From positions 544,001 to 608,000 of the forward strand of contig CAWCNS010000011.1 in NCBI GenBank assembly GCA_963796965.1: DNA of 64,000 bases, read 5' to 3'. The notes under the pieces are model-generated. The model searched no databases and was not told the DNA's origin. It saw only the letters and a list, made by a program, of their open reading frames with translations. Made by a program: the position numbers and the translations under genes. This DNA comes from Calditrichia bacterium (GTDB lineage: Bacteria; Calditrichota; Calditrichia; JAJRVZ01). This document shows positions 22,508 through 33,334 of the stretch, piece after piece; the first letter of the stretch is position 1, and every line of letters starts with the position of its first letter.

Positions 22508-23524
22508 TCAGCTTTTAACCAGGGTAATGGAATTTGCCATGACCTCAAGTTGATCTAAGAATTGCTTCTTTAACTGACCAGGAGCTGTAACAGATATGTC
22601 AATTATATAAATATATTTACTCTCCTCATCATAAAATGCATAGGTTCTAAAAGGACCACCAATGAGATGCTTGCTATTTTGCCAAACACCTGTCAGTTTT
22701 AAAGCCGATTTGCCCCCAAATTCAACATTTTGCACTATCGTATCGACCCTATCAATGCTGTCACCTTCAAAAATAGCAGTTGTTATACTATCACGTAGAT
22801 TAAAAAGCCACTCTCCCTCCTCATTAAATTCCTGGGCCTGAAAACGATGTAGAAATAATGACCGGTCCGGATTTAGTCTTCGAAACCAGGCAAAATCGCC
22901 ACTTTTATCCTCTTTGACCAATTCATAGTCATGCTGGATACGCATTTTCCAACCGAATTCTTCAGCCAGGTAATCTTCAAGCATCAATTGTTCACCCTTT
23001 AAAAACATCGCTTTTTCCAGCTGTTCAAAATATAATTTATTCAGCTGTTTGAATATAAATTCACCCTGGTTTGTCAAATTGGCTTCAAGAGATGAAATAT
23101 CTTTTGCGGGAAGAAACATGACCACTTGATCAGTTGAGAACAAATTAGGTCTGAAAATTTCAAAGGTCTGGTTATCACGGATTGACTCTTTGAGTTGTGG
23201 TGAGAATGATTCAGTTATAAATTTCGAGACTTCGTCATCACCATCCAGAAGCCCGATAAACATCAAATTTCTTCTGGTTTTATACGTCTCAAATGCGCTT
23301 AAAGGCTGGAGGTCGAGATAAAAACTCCGCTCGGTATGGGGTGTATAGATATACTGATCGAAGGTCTGTTCCAGTTCGGTTTGGACGGCCATAAAAAGTG
23401 AGGAATCAGCAAAAACAACAATTTTTTGAAAACTGCCAAAACTGGTTGGTTTGTAATCACAGGCTAATATGGCCAATGCTGCTATAAACAAGAATACTTT
23501 TTTATTAAAAACTTTCTTCAACAA
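22508..23524 (-). CDS. DUF4837-like lipoprotein
   Basis: Lipobox ILAC; TPHTERSF, LRDSI, GVWQN...GGPFRTY, APGQLKK pattern. Confidence 0.75.
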   Translation of the reverse strand: MLKKVFNKKVFLFIAALAILACDYKPTSFGSFQKIVVFADSSLFMAVQTELEQTFDQYIYTPHTERSFYLDLQPLSAFETYKTRRNLMFIGLLDGDDEVSKFITESFSPQLKESIRDNQTFEIFRPNLFSTDQVVMFLPAKDISSLEANLTNQGEFIFKQLNKLYFEQLEKAMFLKGEQLMLEDYLAEEFGWKMRIQHDYELVKEDKSGDFAWFRRLNPDRSLFLHRFQAQEFNEEGEWLFNLRDSITTAIFEGDSIDRVDTIVQNVEFGGKSALKLTGVWQNSKHLIGGPFRTYAFYDEESKYIYIIDISVTAPGQLKKQFLDQLEVMANSITLVKS

Positions 23525-24488
23525 TTTTCACCTCCTCCTCACGTAATGCCTTTTTCTGCATCATAAAAAGAATTCCACCTGCGATTGATATAAGCATAGG
23601 AATCAACAAAGTAAGGAATGACAACGAAAGTGCTTCAGCCTTGCTTATGCCAACGTAGGCAAGTAACACAACATACCCACCATCGCGGAATCCAATTCCG
23701 TTAATTGACGGTACCATCATAAGTAGGAATGTAATCGGAACGACTAAAAACAAATATCCGTAAGCAACATCTATACCTAATGCTTTAGCAAGAAGATACG
23801 TTTTGGTGATAATAAGGGTTTGGCTTATTAAAGATACAAATAAGATTTTCACATAAATAAATTTAGAGTTAGAATAGAAACGGATAGCATCTAGGAATTT
23901 TTGAATACGTTCCCCTAATCTAAGAATTGAGATCTTGTTGCAAACCATCTCGATGGGTTTTTCAAGTCTTTTAGAGAATGCTATTCCAAAAAAAACTATT
24001 ACCGCTGCCATTAGGAATAAAGTCATATATAATAAAAGATTGCTTTCAAATTTGTCCTGTAAAATAATTATGGAAATAATAGCCAGGATCAATGTACTGG
24101 TTATTCCTAACAAGCGTTCGGATATAACAGAGGCAAAACTAATTGTTCTTTCACCGGTATCCTTGAGTAAGTTGTAAATGCGTAAAACATCGCCACCGAT
24201 ACCTGTTGGCAAAAAATTATTAAAAAACAACCCAATAAGATAGTATTTAAAGAGAGAGGAAGTGGGGATATTAATACCATAACCGCGAACAAGAATCTGC
24301 CAACGCCATGAAAGAACGAGTAGTGAAATTATAAATAGTAAAGCGGCTAGAGTCAGATAAATCAGTCCACCCTCAAACCATATTTTATTGAGAACCTGAA
24401 GGATTTTTTCAGGATCTGCAATATAAATCAAATACGCGAGCAAGCCGATTGATATTACCGCTTTTAGTACTGTTCTGACAGGTTTCAT
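23505..24488 (-). CDS. lysylphosphatidylglycerol-synthase-TM (UPF0104) flippase-like membrane protein
   Basis: WRWQIL, GLFFNNFLPTGIGGD, PSINGIGFRDG; multiple TM helices. Confidence 0.88.
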   Translation of the reverse strand: MKPVRTVLKAVISIGLLAYLIYIADPEKILQVLNKIWFEGGLIYLTLAALLFIISLLVLSWRWQILVRGYGINIPTSSLFKYYLIGLFFNNFLPTGIGGDVLRIYNLLKDTGERTISFASVISERLLGITSTLILAIISIIILQDKFESNLLLYMTLFLMAAVIVFFGIAFSKRLEKPIEMVCNKISILRLGERIQKFLDAIRFYSNSKFIYVKILFVSLISQTLIITKTYLLAKALGIDVAYGYLFLVVPITFLLMMVPSINGIGFRDGGYVVLLAYVGISKAEALSLSFLTLLIPMLISIAGGILFMMQKKALREEEVKIVEESF

Positions 24489-27151
24489 TCTTTGAGATTT
24501 TCTGCCTTACTTTCAAAATAGGACAACTTTTGCTTGGCCTGTGGATCAGTTGGATGATCTTTGAGCCAATTATTCAAATATTCCACCCCTTTATCATATT
24601 TTTTGAGTCTGTCAAAGATATCAATTAACATACTTAATGAGTGGACATTATTAGGGTTGGATTCATAGATTGACTCAAATAATTTTTCAGCATCATCCAA
24701 CAAACGCAGGCGGTATAAATTCTCTGCGACTACCTGCAGGTCATTTTCGGCATATTGGTTTGCTAAAAGACTATCCACACTCATCTGCCCGGTAGTTAAT
24801 GCATAAGAATCTCGAATTAGACGCAAATAGCGATTTGTCCAGGGGATGACATCTGATGGGATATTTTTCTCCATATCATCCATCAAAAATTTCATTTTCT
24901 CAGTATTACCTTCTCGGGCATGATATTCTATTACTTGCAGATAGGCTGTGCGGTAGTTTTGCAGCAAACCTTCAATATTTTTATCATAATAGACTGATGG
25001 ATCCTGCAATCCCCGGTATTTATATACATCGGTCAGATTTCTCTCCAGATGGTCCGGGGAGATTTTCCAATTTTTAAAAGGTACTATTTTCAGAGCAAGA
25101 CCATCCATTCGCATATATTGCTGAAGTTCGTTTAACATATTACTTTTCGCCACTGTAACTGCAAAATAGATCGGCTTTTTCCATTTATTAGCATTCAGAA
25201 TTCTCAATATCATATAATCCTGGATCCTAAGCACAGGACCAAACTGAGTATTTAAGGCGGGCTTTACCTCAAATGTTATTTTTTCCGGCGCAGAGATACT
25301 AAGATTGCGATAATTCTGCTGATATTCACGGACATAGTTTTCACCAACAGATTTTGGTACATCTAATGTAATTTGCCTACTCTTCCATGGTACTAATCCT
25401 AACTTAGTTAACTCAGCATCAGAAATATTTAAAGGTACCTTTGGTTCCAAGTCCCTTAATTGTTGAATATACCAACCTGTATTTAACAAACTTAGATTTA
25501 CAATGCGGACGTCCCGTCGCACACTGTCCACTTCCTGTAGATACCAGAGTGGAAAAGTATCATTGTCGCCATTTGTAACAAGAATTCCATTCGGAGCACA
25601 GGTTTGTAGCATGTTATAGGAATAATCCCAGGCAATATAACGGCCTGTTCGGTTATGGGTATCAAAATTTTTCGCTAACATCATGATCGGTGCAGCGATT
25701 AATAGTAAAACAAAAATTGTTACTGGCAGAACCTGAGAAGACTCTGAGTCAGTAACATCATCCTTCTTTTTCTTCTTTTTCCCCCGGAGTAACTCCATCA
25801 ACCCCGCATATCCCATCCCAATCCAGATAGAAAAGGCAAAGAAGGAGCCGACATAACTGTAATCCCTTTCTCTGGGCTGGGGATCAGGCTGATTGAGATA
25901 TAAGACGATTGCCAACCCTGTCATAAAGAAAAGAGCTAATACTGCAAGGGCATGTTTATTGTCATTCTTAAAATGCCAATAAAGGCCGAAGAGGCCGAGA
26001 AGGAATGGTATAGCAAAAAATTGTTTAGCGGACCAATCTCGTTCGTTTTCATCCATACCAACAAATTGCCAGAGAAAATATCGGATATACATTTTATCCA
26101 CCTGATATTTCCAAAAAAATTCGCTCGAGCTTTTCCATTGTTTACCATTCGGTGATTCTCTCCAGACCTTTGTCCTGTCTGTAATACTGTGATCACCATA
26201 CTGTTCACGGTTAAGATAGGATATAAATTTCTCAATGGTCTCCGGGTTATTTTCATCAATCATTGGATCAAGATTGGAACGGATATATATCATCGTATAA
26301 GTACTATAGCCAATAATTATTAATAAAACAGAAAGAGAAATGAGACTGGCTACTTTTTTATTATTATTAATCGCCCAGAATACGACGGCAAAAAGTCCAA
26401 TAAAAACGACCGCCAATCCAAATGTACCCCCAACATCTGCCACATGGGGCAAATATTTTACAATACCCGGATAAACAAATAATACCATGGCAATGGTAAC
26501 AATAATATTTACAATAAATGTTTTTAAATTAAAAGGGTATCTTTTATAGTAGTAAATAAGCGTTACAAAGGGTAAAGCGAGAACATTTAATAAATGGACC
26601 CCAATTGCTAACCCAACAGCATAAGATATCATTAGTAAATATCTCTCGTTTCCTGGCTCATCAGAGCGTTCAGCCCAGACCAGAATCAACCAAACCAATA
26701 AAGCGGTAAAAAACATGGATGGTGCATAAACTTCCGCCTCAACCGCATTAAACCAAAAACTATGGGTAAATGCAAATGTTAGCGATCCAAGTACACCTGA
26801 AAATATCGCTGTTTGCCAGTCTTCGCGGTTGTCGAGTTTTCCCTTCCATTCCCTGATGAGGTGCACAATTGACAAGTATAAAAACATTATAGTAAAGGCA
26901 CTGGAGAGAACGGAAATAAGATTAACACGAAACCCAATATCTTCCACAAAAGGAATCATTGAAAAAAATCGACCCACCAATAAAAACAGGGGGGCTCCCG
27001 GTGGATGGGGCACAGCTAAGCCATAACTACAGGCAATAAATTCACCACAATCCCAGTATGACACGGTGGGTGCAACGGTAAGGGTATAAACGACAAATGA
27101 GAATACCCAGATTACTGCTGCCGTTATTCGGTTTGTTTTTAACCAATCCAT
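24485..27151 (-). CDS. DUF2723 / TMEM260-like membrane glycosyltransferase with C-terminal TPR-like region
   Basis: PTVSYWDCGEFI, HPPGAPLF, FWFNAVEAEVY, GVHLLN, YLNREQYG, RERDYSYVGS, NGDNDTFPLWY. Confidence 0.9.
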   Translation of the reverse strand: MDWLKTNRITAAVIWVFSFVVYTLTVAPTVSYWDCGEFIACSYGLAVPHPPGAPLFLLVGRFFSMIPFVEDIGFRVNLISVLSSAFTIMFLYLSIVHLIREWKGKLDNREDWQTAIFSGVLGSLTFAFTHSFWFNAVEAEVYAPSMFFTALLVWLILVWAERSDEPGNERYLLMISYAVGLAIGVHLLNVLALPFVTLIYYYKRYPFNLKTFIVNIIVTIAMVLFVYPGIVKYLPHVADVGGTFGLAVVFIGLFAVVFWAINNNKKVASLISLSVLLIIIGYSTYTMIYIRSNLDPMIDENNPETIEKFISYLNREQYGDHSITDRTKVWRESPNGKQWKSSSEFFWKYQVDKMYIRYFLWQFVGMDENERDWSAKQFFAIPFLLGLFGLYWHFKNDNKHALAVLALFFMTGLAIVLYLNQPDPQPRERDYSYVGSFFAFSIWIGMGYAGLMELLRGKKKKKKDDVTDSESSQVLPVTIFVLLLIAAPIMMLAKNFDTHNRTGRYIAWDYSYNMLQTCAPNGILVTNGDNDTFPLWYLQEVDSVRRDVRIVNLSLLNTGWYIQQLRDLEPKVPLNISDAELTKLGLVPWKSRQITLDVPKSVGENYVREYQQNYRNLSISAPEKITFEVKPALNTQFGPVLRIQDYMILRILNANKWKKPIYFAVTVAKSNMLNELQQYMRMDGLALKIVPFKNWKISPDHLERNLTDVYKYRGLQDPSVYYDKNIEGLLQNYRTAYLQVIEYHAREGNTEKMKFLMDDMEKNIPSDVIPWTNRYLRLIRDSYALTTGQMSVDSLLANQYAENDLQVVAENLYRLRLLDDAEKLFESIYESNPNNVHSLSMLIDIFDRLKKYDKGVEYLNNWLKDHPTDPQAKQKLSYFESKAENLKE

Positions 27152-27173
27152 TAATGATTCCTCTTTGATATTT

Positions 27174-28028
27174 TTATTGAATAGATTTTAAATAATTTAC
27201 TAATGCCTCTTTCCAATGAGACATATAATTCAAATCTACAGATTTTAATTTTTTATTTTCAAGAACACTGTAAGAAGGCCTCTTAATTGTCATTGGAAAC
27301 TCGCTACTCTGACAGGAAATTAATGGCGTCTTTAATTTTAATGTTTCAAATATTACACCTGCAAATTCGAACCAGGAACAGCTATCTTCACAGGACATAT
27401 GATACATTCCAAAAGCTTCAGTATCAAGCAGGTGCTTCGTATTAAATGCAATTTCCGAAACGGGAGTAGGGGTTAGAATCTCATCATCAACGACTTTCAC
27501 CACATCACGCTCTTTAGCAGCCTGCTGCATTGTTGTGATGAAATTTTTTCCTTTTGCCCGACACACAGTTTGACCATATATCCCGGAAATACGTATAATA
27601 AAGCGCCGCTTCAGATAATTCTTAACAAGTATTTCCCCATTCAACTTAGTCAGAGCATAAATATTTAAGGGATTTGCTTTATCCGTTTCCACATAGGGTT
27701 TTTTCTTTGCACCATCAAAAACATAGTCTGTGCTAAAATGAACAAGGGTTGCATCAAGATCATTGCAGACCTTTGCCAAATTTAAGGCACCAATCGCATT
27801 GACCTGAAAAGAAATATCCGGATGTTTTTCGCATTCCGGTAAATTATGATAAGCGGCCGTATTTATTATGGCATCGGGTTTTAGATCTGACAGAACTCTC
27901 GAGGCAGAATCAATATTTGCTATCTCAATATCTGAATGTGTAAGCCCAATTACTTCATGATCCGGCTGAAACTGTGACACGATTTCAGAGCCCAGTTGTC
28001 CATTCGATCCTATTACAATTACTTTCAA
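27174..28028 (-). CDS. rfbD: dTDP-4-dehydrorhamnose reductase (RmlD family), second copy
   Basis: GSNGQLG, STDYVFDG, YALTK, RPSYSVL. Confidence 0.88.
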   Translation of the reverse strand: MKVIVIGSNGQLGSEIVSQFQPDHEVIGLTHSDIEIANIDSASRVLSDLKPDAIINTAAYHNLPECEKHPDISFQVNAIGALNLAKVCNDLDATLVHFSTDYVFDGAKKKPYVETDKANPLNIYALTKLNGEILVKNYLKRRFIIRISGIYGQTVCRAKGKNFITTMQQAAKERDVVKVVDDEILTPTPVSEIAFNTKHLLDTEAFGMYHMSCEDSCSWFEFAGVIFETLKLKTPLISCQSSEFPMTIKRPSYSVLENKKLKSVDLNYMSHWKEALVNYLKSIQ

Positions 28029-28213
28029 ATCTTATACAAATCCTTTTCTCTATCACCAATTGTATCTAATCAATACTAAAAAATGCACTACTGGCTCTCA
28101 TCCCGATTTTATTTCAAGGTTCATGCAATGAAGGTGCGAACGAGAATTGAAATGAACTTGTTTCGGTTCTCGTAATGCCCCCAGAACAGAATAGCATATT
28201 TCTTCAGAAAGTC

Positions 28214-29173
28214 TTATTGTATTTTTTTTGACTTAAAGACTTCAATATTATAGTATTGATCATTCTTTAAATCGCTAAACAGGTCATAATGTTCCACCAG
28301 ATCATTAACGATGCCATCGATATCATATCGTGGTTTAAAACTAAGGATATTTCTGGCTTTTTCAATACTGACTTTATAGTTACGGTAATCCTGTCTATGT
28401 TCGATATTTAAATTAATTTCCTTATTCATTTTGACTTCTATACTGGTTTTCACTAAATCCGCGACTTCACCTACTGTATAGTTTCCTGAAGCCACATTAA
28501 ACACACCATTGATTCCCTCATTGGACTCAATTGCCCTCACATAGGCCGTAACAGCATCATTAATACTTAAGATGGGGCGCCAGATGGCCGGATTATGTAC
28601 CGTAATTTCCCCATCAAGCATGGCACATTTAAACATGGTATTTACAATCAGATCTAACCTCATACGCGGACTGTATCCGCTCACGGTTCCCTGCCTCAGA
28701 CAAATAACAGAAAAGTGATCGTCTAGCATTTGGATGACCGCCTGTTCACCTTGTAATTTTGAAATACCATATGGATAGTTTGAAACTGCTGGAGAAGTTT
28801 CGTCATATAGTTCATTTTCTGTATAACCATAAACAGAACAGGAACTCGCATAGATAAATTTTTTAACACCGGCCTGTTTTGCAATATAACCTAAATATGC
28901 CGGGGCAGAGGCATTATGAATAAAATTTAAACTGGGAGAGTATTCTGCCATCGGATCATTTGAAAGACCAGCCAAAAAAATTATCTGGTCATATTTATTT
29001 ACCTCATCCCTGCTTACATCAAAAATATCTTTTTTAATTTTAACGACTTTATCCGGAAGAAAATCTCCAAACCAGAACAAGTCAACCACATCAACGTCAT
29101 AACCCCGATCAAGGAGATGGGGCGCCAGCTTTGAGCCAATATAGCCTGCACCACCTGCTAATAGTATTTTCAT
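28214..29173 (-). CDS. NAD-dependent nucleotide-sugar epimerase/dehydratase (extended SDR)
   Basis: GGAGYIG, ASSCSVYG, YGISK, SPRMRLDL. Confidence 0.88.
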   Translation of the reverse strand: MKILLAGGAGYIGSKLAPHLLDRGYDVDVVDLFWFGDFLPDKVVKIKKDIFDVSRDEVNKYDQIIFLAGLSNDPMAEYSPSLNFIHNASAPAYLGYIAKQAGVKKFIYASSCSVYGYTENELYDETSPAVSNYPYGISKLQGEQAVIQMLDDHFSVICLRQGTVSGYSPRMRLDLIVNTMFKCAMLDGEITVHNPAIWRPILSINDAVTAYVRAIESNEGINGVFNVASGNYTVGEVADLVKTSIEVKMNKEINLNIEHRQDYRNYKVSIEKARNILSFKPRYDIDGIVNDLVEHYDLFSDLKNDQYYNIEVFKSKKIQ

Positions 29174-29219
29174 CTTTTGCCCTTACCTGAGTGATTTGGT
29201 TTAACTCACCATACCAATT

Positions 29220-29813
29220 TTATTCAACTTTCAGATTGTCCGCTTTATCAAACTGAAAGTTATTAGAATTTATACTTTCCTGCCATTCGCTGAAAGTTTG
29301 TGCATCTTCATCTTTATGTGAAAGGATAGGATCCTTTACAGGCCATTTAATCCCAATTTCCGGATCACGCCATAGAATACCTGATTCACATGTTGAATTA
29401 TAAATACCCGTACAGAGATATTGAATCTCCGCATAATCAGACAACACACAAAATCCCCTGGCAAAACCAGCCGGAGCCCATAATTGTCTATGGTCTTCTG
29501 AAGAGACTTCCACCCCAAACCATTCTCCCAGAGTGGGGGAATTTTTCCTGATATCCACCGCTACGAGAAAAGCCTTTCCTTGCAAGACACGCATAAGCTT
29601 CCCCATGGGTGGTTCCCACTGAAAATGCAATCCTCTTAATACATTTTTTACCGATCCAGAATGATTTTCCTGCACAAATTTTTGTGGCAATCCTAATTCT
29701 TCAAACTGATCCGCCCGAAACTCTTCCACAAAAAAACCTCGTTCATCTTTAAAAAATTCTGGTTGAAGAACTGCAACCGCATTCATATGTACCGATTCAA
29801 GCATCATCCTCAT
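29220..29813 (-). CDS. rfbC: dTDP-4-dehydrorhamnose 3,5-epimerase
   Basis: DERGFF, VLRGLHFQ, VAVDIRKNSPT, IGIKWP. Confidence 0.93.
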   Translation of the reverse strand: MRMMLESVHMNAVAVLQPEFFKDERGFFVEEFRADQFEELGLPQKFVQENHSGSVKNVLRGLHFQWEPPMGKLMRVLQGKAFLVAVDIRKNSPTLGEWFGVEVSSEDHRQLWAPAGFARGFCVLSDYAEIQYLCTGIYNSTCESGILWRDPEIGIKWPVKDPILSHKDEDAQTFSEWQESINSNNFQFDKADNLKVE

Positions 29814-29834
29814 TCACGTACCCCATAGCATCAA

Positions 29835-30878
29835 TTAATATTTTAAACTTTTGAAAGTTTTTCTTCCCTTTAGAAAATATTGAATCACCAATGACCCAGG
29901 ATAGATAAGATGTTTATATCCCTCATCATCAATGGTTCTGAGAGACTGAACTTCTTTGCGTTTATTCAGAATAAAACGTAGATGAAAAATAACCCATAAA
30001 TGTGATTTAATAATTGAATAAGAATGTTTAAAGTCAAATTGAATGAATCCGGCATAAAAAACATTAATCATATCCAGAATTATTCGCACACCTATTACTC
30101 GCACCAGATTTCTTAGTTGTAAATTTTTCAACAACGCAATTATTCCATTTCTGTGATTCCAGTATAATTTTTTAAAACTATCTGCTTTTATTGTCGCCCC
30201 GGCATAATGATAAATGACAGATTCCGGTATAACTTTAAGATTATATCCGACCAGAAGGAGGCGCCAACATAAATCGATCTCCTCCATGTGATGAACAAAA
30301 TCTTCATCGAGATTGCCACTTACCTTTAGTGCTTCAGCTCTTACAAACATCGCAGCACCACTTGTCCAGAAAACGGAGCGATTATCATTATATTGTCCAT
30401 CATCTTTTTCAATTGTATAAAAGATACGACCACGAAGAAATGGATATCCATACTTATCAATAAATCCGCCACTCGCACCAGCATATTCAAAAAAGCCATC
30501 ATCGATAAGAGATCTGATCTTTGGCTGCAATGCGCCAATGTTATTATCATTTTCTGCTGCTGAGACCATCGGCTCTAACCAGTCTTTATCGACAACAACA
30601 TCATTATTAAGTAAGATATAATATTTACCTGCCGCTTCCTTAAAAGCAATGTTATAAGCGCGGCTATAACCCGCATTTAACCCTGTTTGCACAATTCTAA
30701 TTTTTGGATATTCAGATTGCGTATAGGCAACACTATCATCGTTAGAATTGTTATCAACCAATACAATTTCATAATTTGGGTATGCACTCTGATAGAGTGA
30801 GTCAAAACATTCTTTTAAAAATTTTTTTCCATTGTAATTTAATACAAGTATACTGACCAGAGGTTCATTTAATTTCAA
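29835..30878 (-). CDS. GT2 family glycosyltransferase (WbbL/rhamnosyltransferase-like)
   Basis: LNYNG, VDNNSND, LLNND, FEYAGASGG..GYPF.RGR, HMEEIDLCWR. Confidence 0.88.
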   Translation of the reverse strand: MKLNEPLVSILVLNYNGKKFLKECFDSLYQSAYPNYEIVLVDNNSNDDSVAYTQSEYPKIRIVQTGLNAGYSRAYNIAFKEAAGKYYILLNNDVVVDKDWLEPMVSAAENDNNIGALQPKIRSLIDDGFFEYAGASGGFIDKYGYPFLRGRIFYTIEKDDGQYNDNRSVFWTSGAAMFVRAEALKVSGNLDEDFVHHMEEIDLCWRLLLVGYNLKVIPESVIYHYAGATIKADSFKKLYWNHRNGIIALLKNLQLRNLVRVIGVRIILDMINVFYAGFIQFDFKHSYSIIKSHLWVIFHLRFILNKRKEVQSLRTIDDEGYKHLIYPGSLVIQYFLKGRKTFKSLKY

Positions 30879-31096
30879 ATCACTTTATCCAAAATTTTCA
30901 ATAAGAGGGTTTATCCCTTGGCAATTCGTTAAATTGACACAAATCTTGAAATTTCTACATATTTCTGACTAAAATCAAATTTAAGGCCAGCTTTTTAAAG
31001 ATATATGGATCAATAGGGCTGATCAATTCTCAAACCAAAAAGGAACATGAAGATATTATATGAGGTGTTTCTCTCTTAGGAAAAAGATTGATCTTG

Positions 31097-33175
31097 TTAA
31101 CCGATGTTGATGTAATTTATCCTTTCTGCATAATTTTCTAAAAAGTGTACTTTCAGATCACTATTTTCCTGTAAACGTAAATGTGGATCTTCGTTTATTA
31201 TAATAAAAGCATCATGACGGGAGGTCTTAAGAATTTCATGATCCAAAATTGGATTGGCGAGGCGAAAAGTTGGTAAACCATGTTGGCGGGTCCCAAAGAA
31301 CTCTCCCCACCCGCGCAACTTTAAATCTTCTTCCGATATGAGGAAACCATCTGTTGTGCTCGTCATAATTTTTAAGCGTTTCCTGGCAATTTCTCCTACC
31401 TGGTTGGGAGTTTTTAATATACAGTAGGATTTCTTTGTTCCCCGGCCTACCCGTCCGCGAAGTTGATGCAATTGTGATAACCCAAAACGCTCCGCGTGTT
31501 CAATTAACATAACCGTTGCATTGGCAACATCAACACCGACTTCGATTACAGTCGTTGAAAAAAGGATTTGAATTTCCCCTTCCGTAAATCCTCGCATGAT
31601 TCTTTCTTTTTCATCTGATTTCAATCGTCCATGAATAAGAGCTGAATAATGTGCTTTAAATTCATTTTCCTTCAGCTGTTCATAACTATCTGTGGCCGAT
31701 TTCAGATCAATTTTCTCAGAATCTTCAACCAGAGGATAGACAATATATACCTGCTCACCGTTTTTAACATGTTTATTTATAAATTCATAGATATCATTTG
31801 CTTTGTTGTCAAATCGCCATATGGTTTGAGTGGCGATTCGCCCGGCAGGCATTTCATCAAGTATGGATACCTCCAGGTTACCATATATGGTTAACGCTAA
31901 TGTTCTTGGAATCGGTGTCGCTGTCATAACTAGCACATCCGGACTTATACCCTTTTCCTGCAGTCGGCTTCTTTGAACGACGCCAAACCGATGTTGTTCA
32001 TCAACAATAATAAGGCCAAGCTTTTTAAATTTTACATTCTCCTGAATTAAAGCATGCGTTCCGATCGCAATTAACGGTTTACCGGATTGCATCAACAGAT
32101 TAACTTCTTTTCTCTTTTCAATGTTTGTACTTTTTGTCAGCAAAATAATTTCAACTGCAAGATCTTTCAATATTTTTGTAATATTCAGGTAATGTTGTTC
32201 TGCCAAAACCTCGGTTGGTACCATTAGGGCAGTTTGAAATCCATTATCAATGGCGATAAGCATCGCCATCACAGCCACTAACGTTTTTCCCGAACCCACA
32301 TCTCCCTGAAGAAGTCTATTCATAGGGTGGGGATTTTTCATATCCCTGCGAATTTCCTTAACGACTCTTTCTTGCGCCCCCGTCATCTTAAACGGTAGCC
32401 GGTAATAGAGTTTTTTTAGACGCTCGCTTGATTTATCAAAGGTATAACCAGGCACTTCGTTTTTTGTATGGATTTGCTGTATTGCCAGCATAAGTTGGAT
32501 AAAAAAGAATTCTTCATATTTAAAGCGGTTAATGCTTTGTTTAAGATTCGGCAATGTGGTTGGGGTATGCATTTCCCTAAAGCCCTCTATTCTTTTAGGA
32601 AAATGATATTTTTCAATTATTGACTGGGGAAGAATTTCTTGAATTCCCGATAATTTTGTTAAAAAGACCGACTGAAATATTTTTCTGAATGTATATGAAT
32701 TTAATCCTGCTTTTTTAAACTCATCGCTTCCCGGGTATATGGGGACAATTTTACCCGTATTGAGGACTCCGGAAAGATCGTCATCTCCTAAACGATCATA
32801 GTCTGGATGGACCAATTGATATCCCCGATAAAAGCTCACCTTTCCTGATAAAGATATCCATTCTCCTACACTAAAAATATCTTTATAGCGTTGGGCATGA
32901 CTAAACCATACAGCCTCAAGGAATCCTTTTCCATCGGATATAACGAGATAAAATGCAGATTTTTTACCACGTCGAATACTGGCCGATTCAATTTTCCCAA
33001 TAACCGTAACATCTTCACCTTTTTTTAATTCAGATAAAGTTATAATATTTGAACGGTCGATGTATTTTCTGGGAAAAAAATATAGAAGATCTGTTAAGGT
33101 ATTGAGGCCAGATTTTTCCAGCGCAGATGCTCGTTTAGGACCGATGCCCTTGATATACTGGAGTTGTGTGGTCAT
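31097..33175 (-). CDS. recG: ATP-dependent DNA helicase RecG
   Basis: LQGDVGSGKT, DEQHRFG, MTATPIPRT, QLHQLRGRVGRG. Confidence 0.98.
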   Translation of the reverse strand: MTTQLQYIKGIGPKRASALEKSGLNTLTDLLYFFPRKYIDRSNIITLSELKKGEDVTVIGKIESASIRRGKKSAFYLVISDGKGFLEAVWFSHAQRYKDIFSVGEWISLSGKVSFYRGYQLVHPDYDRLGDDDLSGVLNTGKIVPIYPGSDEFKKAGLNSYTFRKIFQSVFLTKLSGIQEILPQSIIEKYHFPKRIEGFREMHTPTTLPNLKQSINRFKYEEFFFIQLMLAIQQIHTKNEVPGYTFDKSSERLKKLYYRLPFKMTGAQERVVKEIRRDMKNPHPMNRLLQGDVGSGKTLVAVMAMLIAIDNGFQTALMVPTEVLAEQHYLNITKILKDLAVEIILLTKSTNIEKRKEVNLLMQSGKPLIAIGTHALIQENVKFKKLGLIIVDEQHRFGVVQRSRLQEKGISPDVLVMTATPIPRTLALTIYGNLEVSILDEMPAGRIATQTIWRFDNKANDIYEFINKHVKNGEQVYIVYPLVEDSEKIDLKSATDSYEQLKENEFKAHYSALIHGRLKSDEKERIMRGFTEGEIQILFSTTVIEVGVDVANATVMLIEHAERFGLSQLHQLRGRVGRGTKKSYCILKTPNQVGEIARKRLKIMTSTTDGFLISEEDLKLRGWGEFFGTRQHGLPTFRLANPILDHEILKTSRHDAFIIINEDPHLRLQENSDLKVHFLENYAERINYINIG

Positions 33176-33213
33176 TTAAGAAATATAATTAAAGATCCAG
33201 GATTCTAATTGTA

Positions 33214-33305
33214 AGTAAAAAGGTAAAGGTTAAAAGTTAAAAAATTATATTGTTTTTTTGACCGGGCTTTTCCCTTTTCCTTTTAACTTTTTACTTTTTA
33301 CTTTT
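33214..33305. repeat. inverted pair of degenerate heptamer arrays (AGTAAAA-like / TTTTACT-like)
   Basis: agtaaaa aggtaaa ggttaaa agttaaa ... ttttccc ttttcct tttaact ttttact ttttact. Confidence 0.75.
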
Positions 33306-33334
33306 ATTTCGATATGCAGCAAATGTAAATATAT

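Noticed and set aside
28141..28172. Hairpin cgagaattgaaa/tttcggttctcg in the SDR-rmlD gap
   Set aside because: It pairs well only on the non-transcribed strand (G-U pairs), is single copy, and has no U-tract or known RNA motif.
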